This document shows, piece after piece, positions 63,505 through 64,000 of a stretch of DNA of 64,000 nt (position 1 is its first letter; each line of letters starts with the position of its first letter). Below the pieces are notes generated by a model. The model was not told the DNA's origin, ran no database searches, and worked only from the letters and a program-made list of their open reading frames with translations. The DNA comes from Isurus oxyrinchus (taxonomy: Eukaryota). The DNA lies in assembly GCA_026770705.1 (NCBI GenBank), contig JANJGN010000007.1, positions 96,410,001 to 96,474,000 on the forward strand, read 5' to 3'. The position numbers and the translations under genes are program-made.

Positions 63505-64000
63505 AACATACGAAATAGGAGCAGAAGTAGTCCATTCCGCCGATCGAGACTGCTCCGCCATTTAATAAAACCATGGCCGATCTGTTTGTGTTTCGAATTC
63601 CACATTCCCAATTACCCCCGATGACCTTTGATTCCCTTGCCTAACAGTAATCTACCTACCTCTGCCTTTAAAAATATTCAATAACCTTCATTAGCCTTCT
63701 TAATTACTTGTATCTACATGCTAACTTGTTGTGGCTCATGTACTAGGATCCCTCTGCACCTCAGAATTCTGCAGCCGTTGTCCATTTAAGAAATACTCTG
63801 CTTTCATATTCTTCCTGCCAAGGTGAACAACTTCACATTTTCCCACTTTATACTCTATCTGCCGGGTTTTTGCCCACTCACTCAATCTATCTATATCCAT
63901 CTGTATCTGATCGTATCCGCACAACATAATTTCCTCCCATCGTTGTGTCATCTGCAAACGTATCTAACATATCTTCACTCCGCTCATTTAAGTCAGTGAT
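63505..64000 (-). mobile_element. CR1 LINE 3' fragment
   Basis: DIDRLSEWAKTRQIEYKVGKCEVVHLG and the CR1 3'UTR. Confidence 0.85.

Overview
Repeat-rich vertebrate genomic DNA. The repeat content (CR1/L2 LINEs, Deu-domain and tRNA SINEs, abundant Penelope-like termini) points to a cartilaginous fish, which is an inference. The minus strand carries a head-to-tail cluster of spliced immunoglobulin-superfamily receptor genes with the layout leader / germline-joined VJ-type domain / single C1 domain / TM / cytoplasmic exons. This is a TCR-chain-like layout, with no recombination signals found. Gene A (62246->47154, 6 exons, 386 aa by my splice model) is intact, with an ITIM, an ITIM-like motif and an ITSM. 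Gene B (35060->31322, 257 aa) has an intact ectodomain and TM but stops just after the TM because of a 1-nt frame offset. Gene C (~11318->8562) is a pseudogene: its C1 exon is ~89% identical to gene A, but its TM is divergent and carries Arg/Asp. A possible fourth leader exon lies at 1516-1567. The rest is mostly decayed transposable elements (CR1, L2, Gypsy LTR, Penelope-like, SINEs, a Helentron-like element) plus a tandemly amplified tRNA-Thr-derived unit. All exon models were derived by hand from GT/AG sites and phase consistency, with no database search. Repeat boundaries are approximate.
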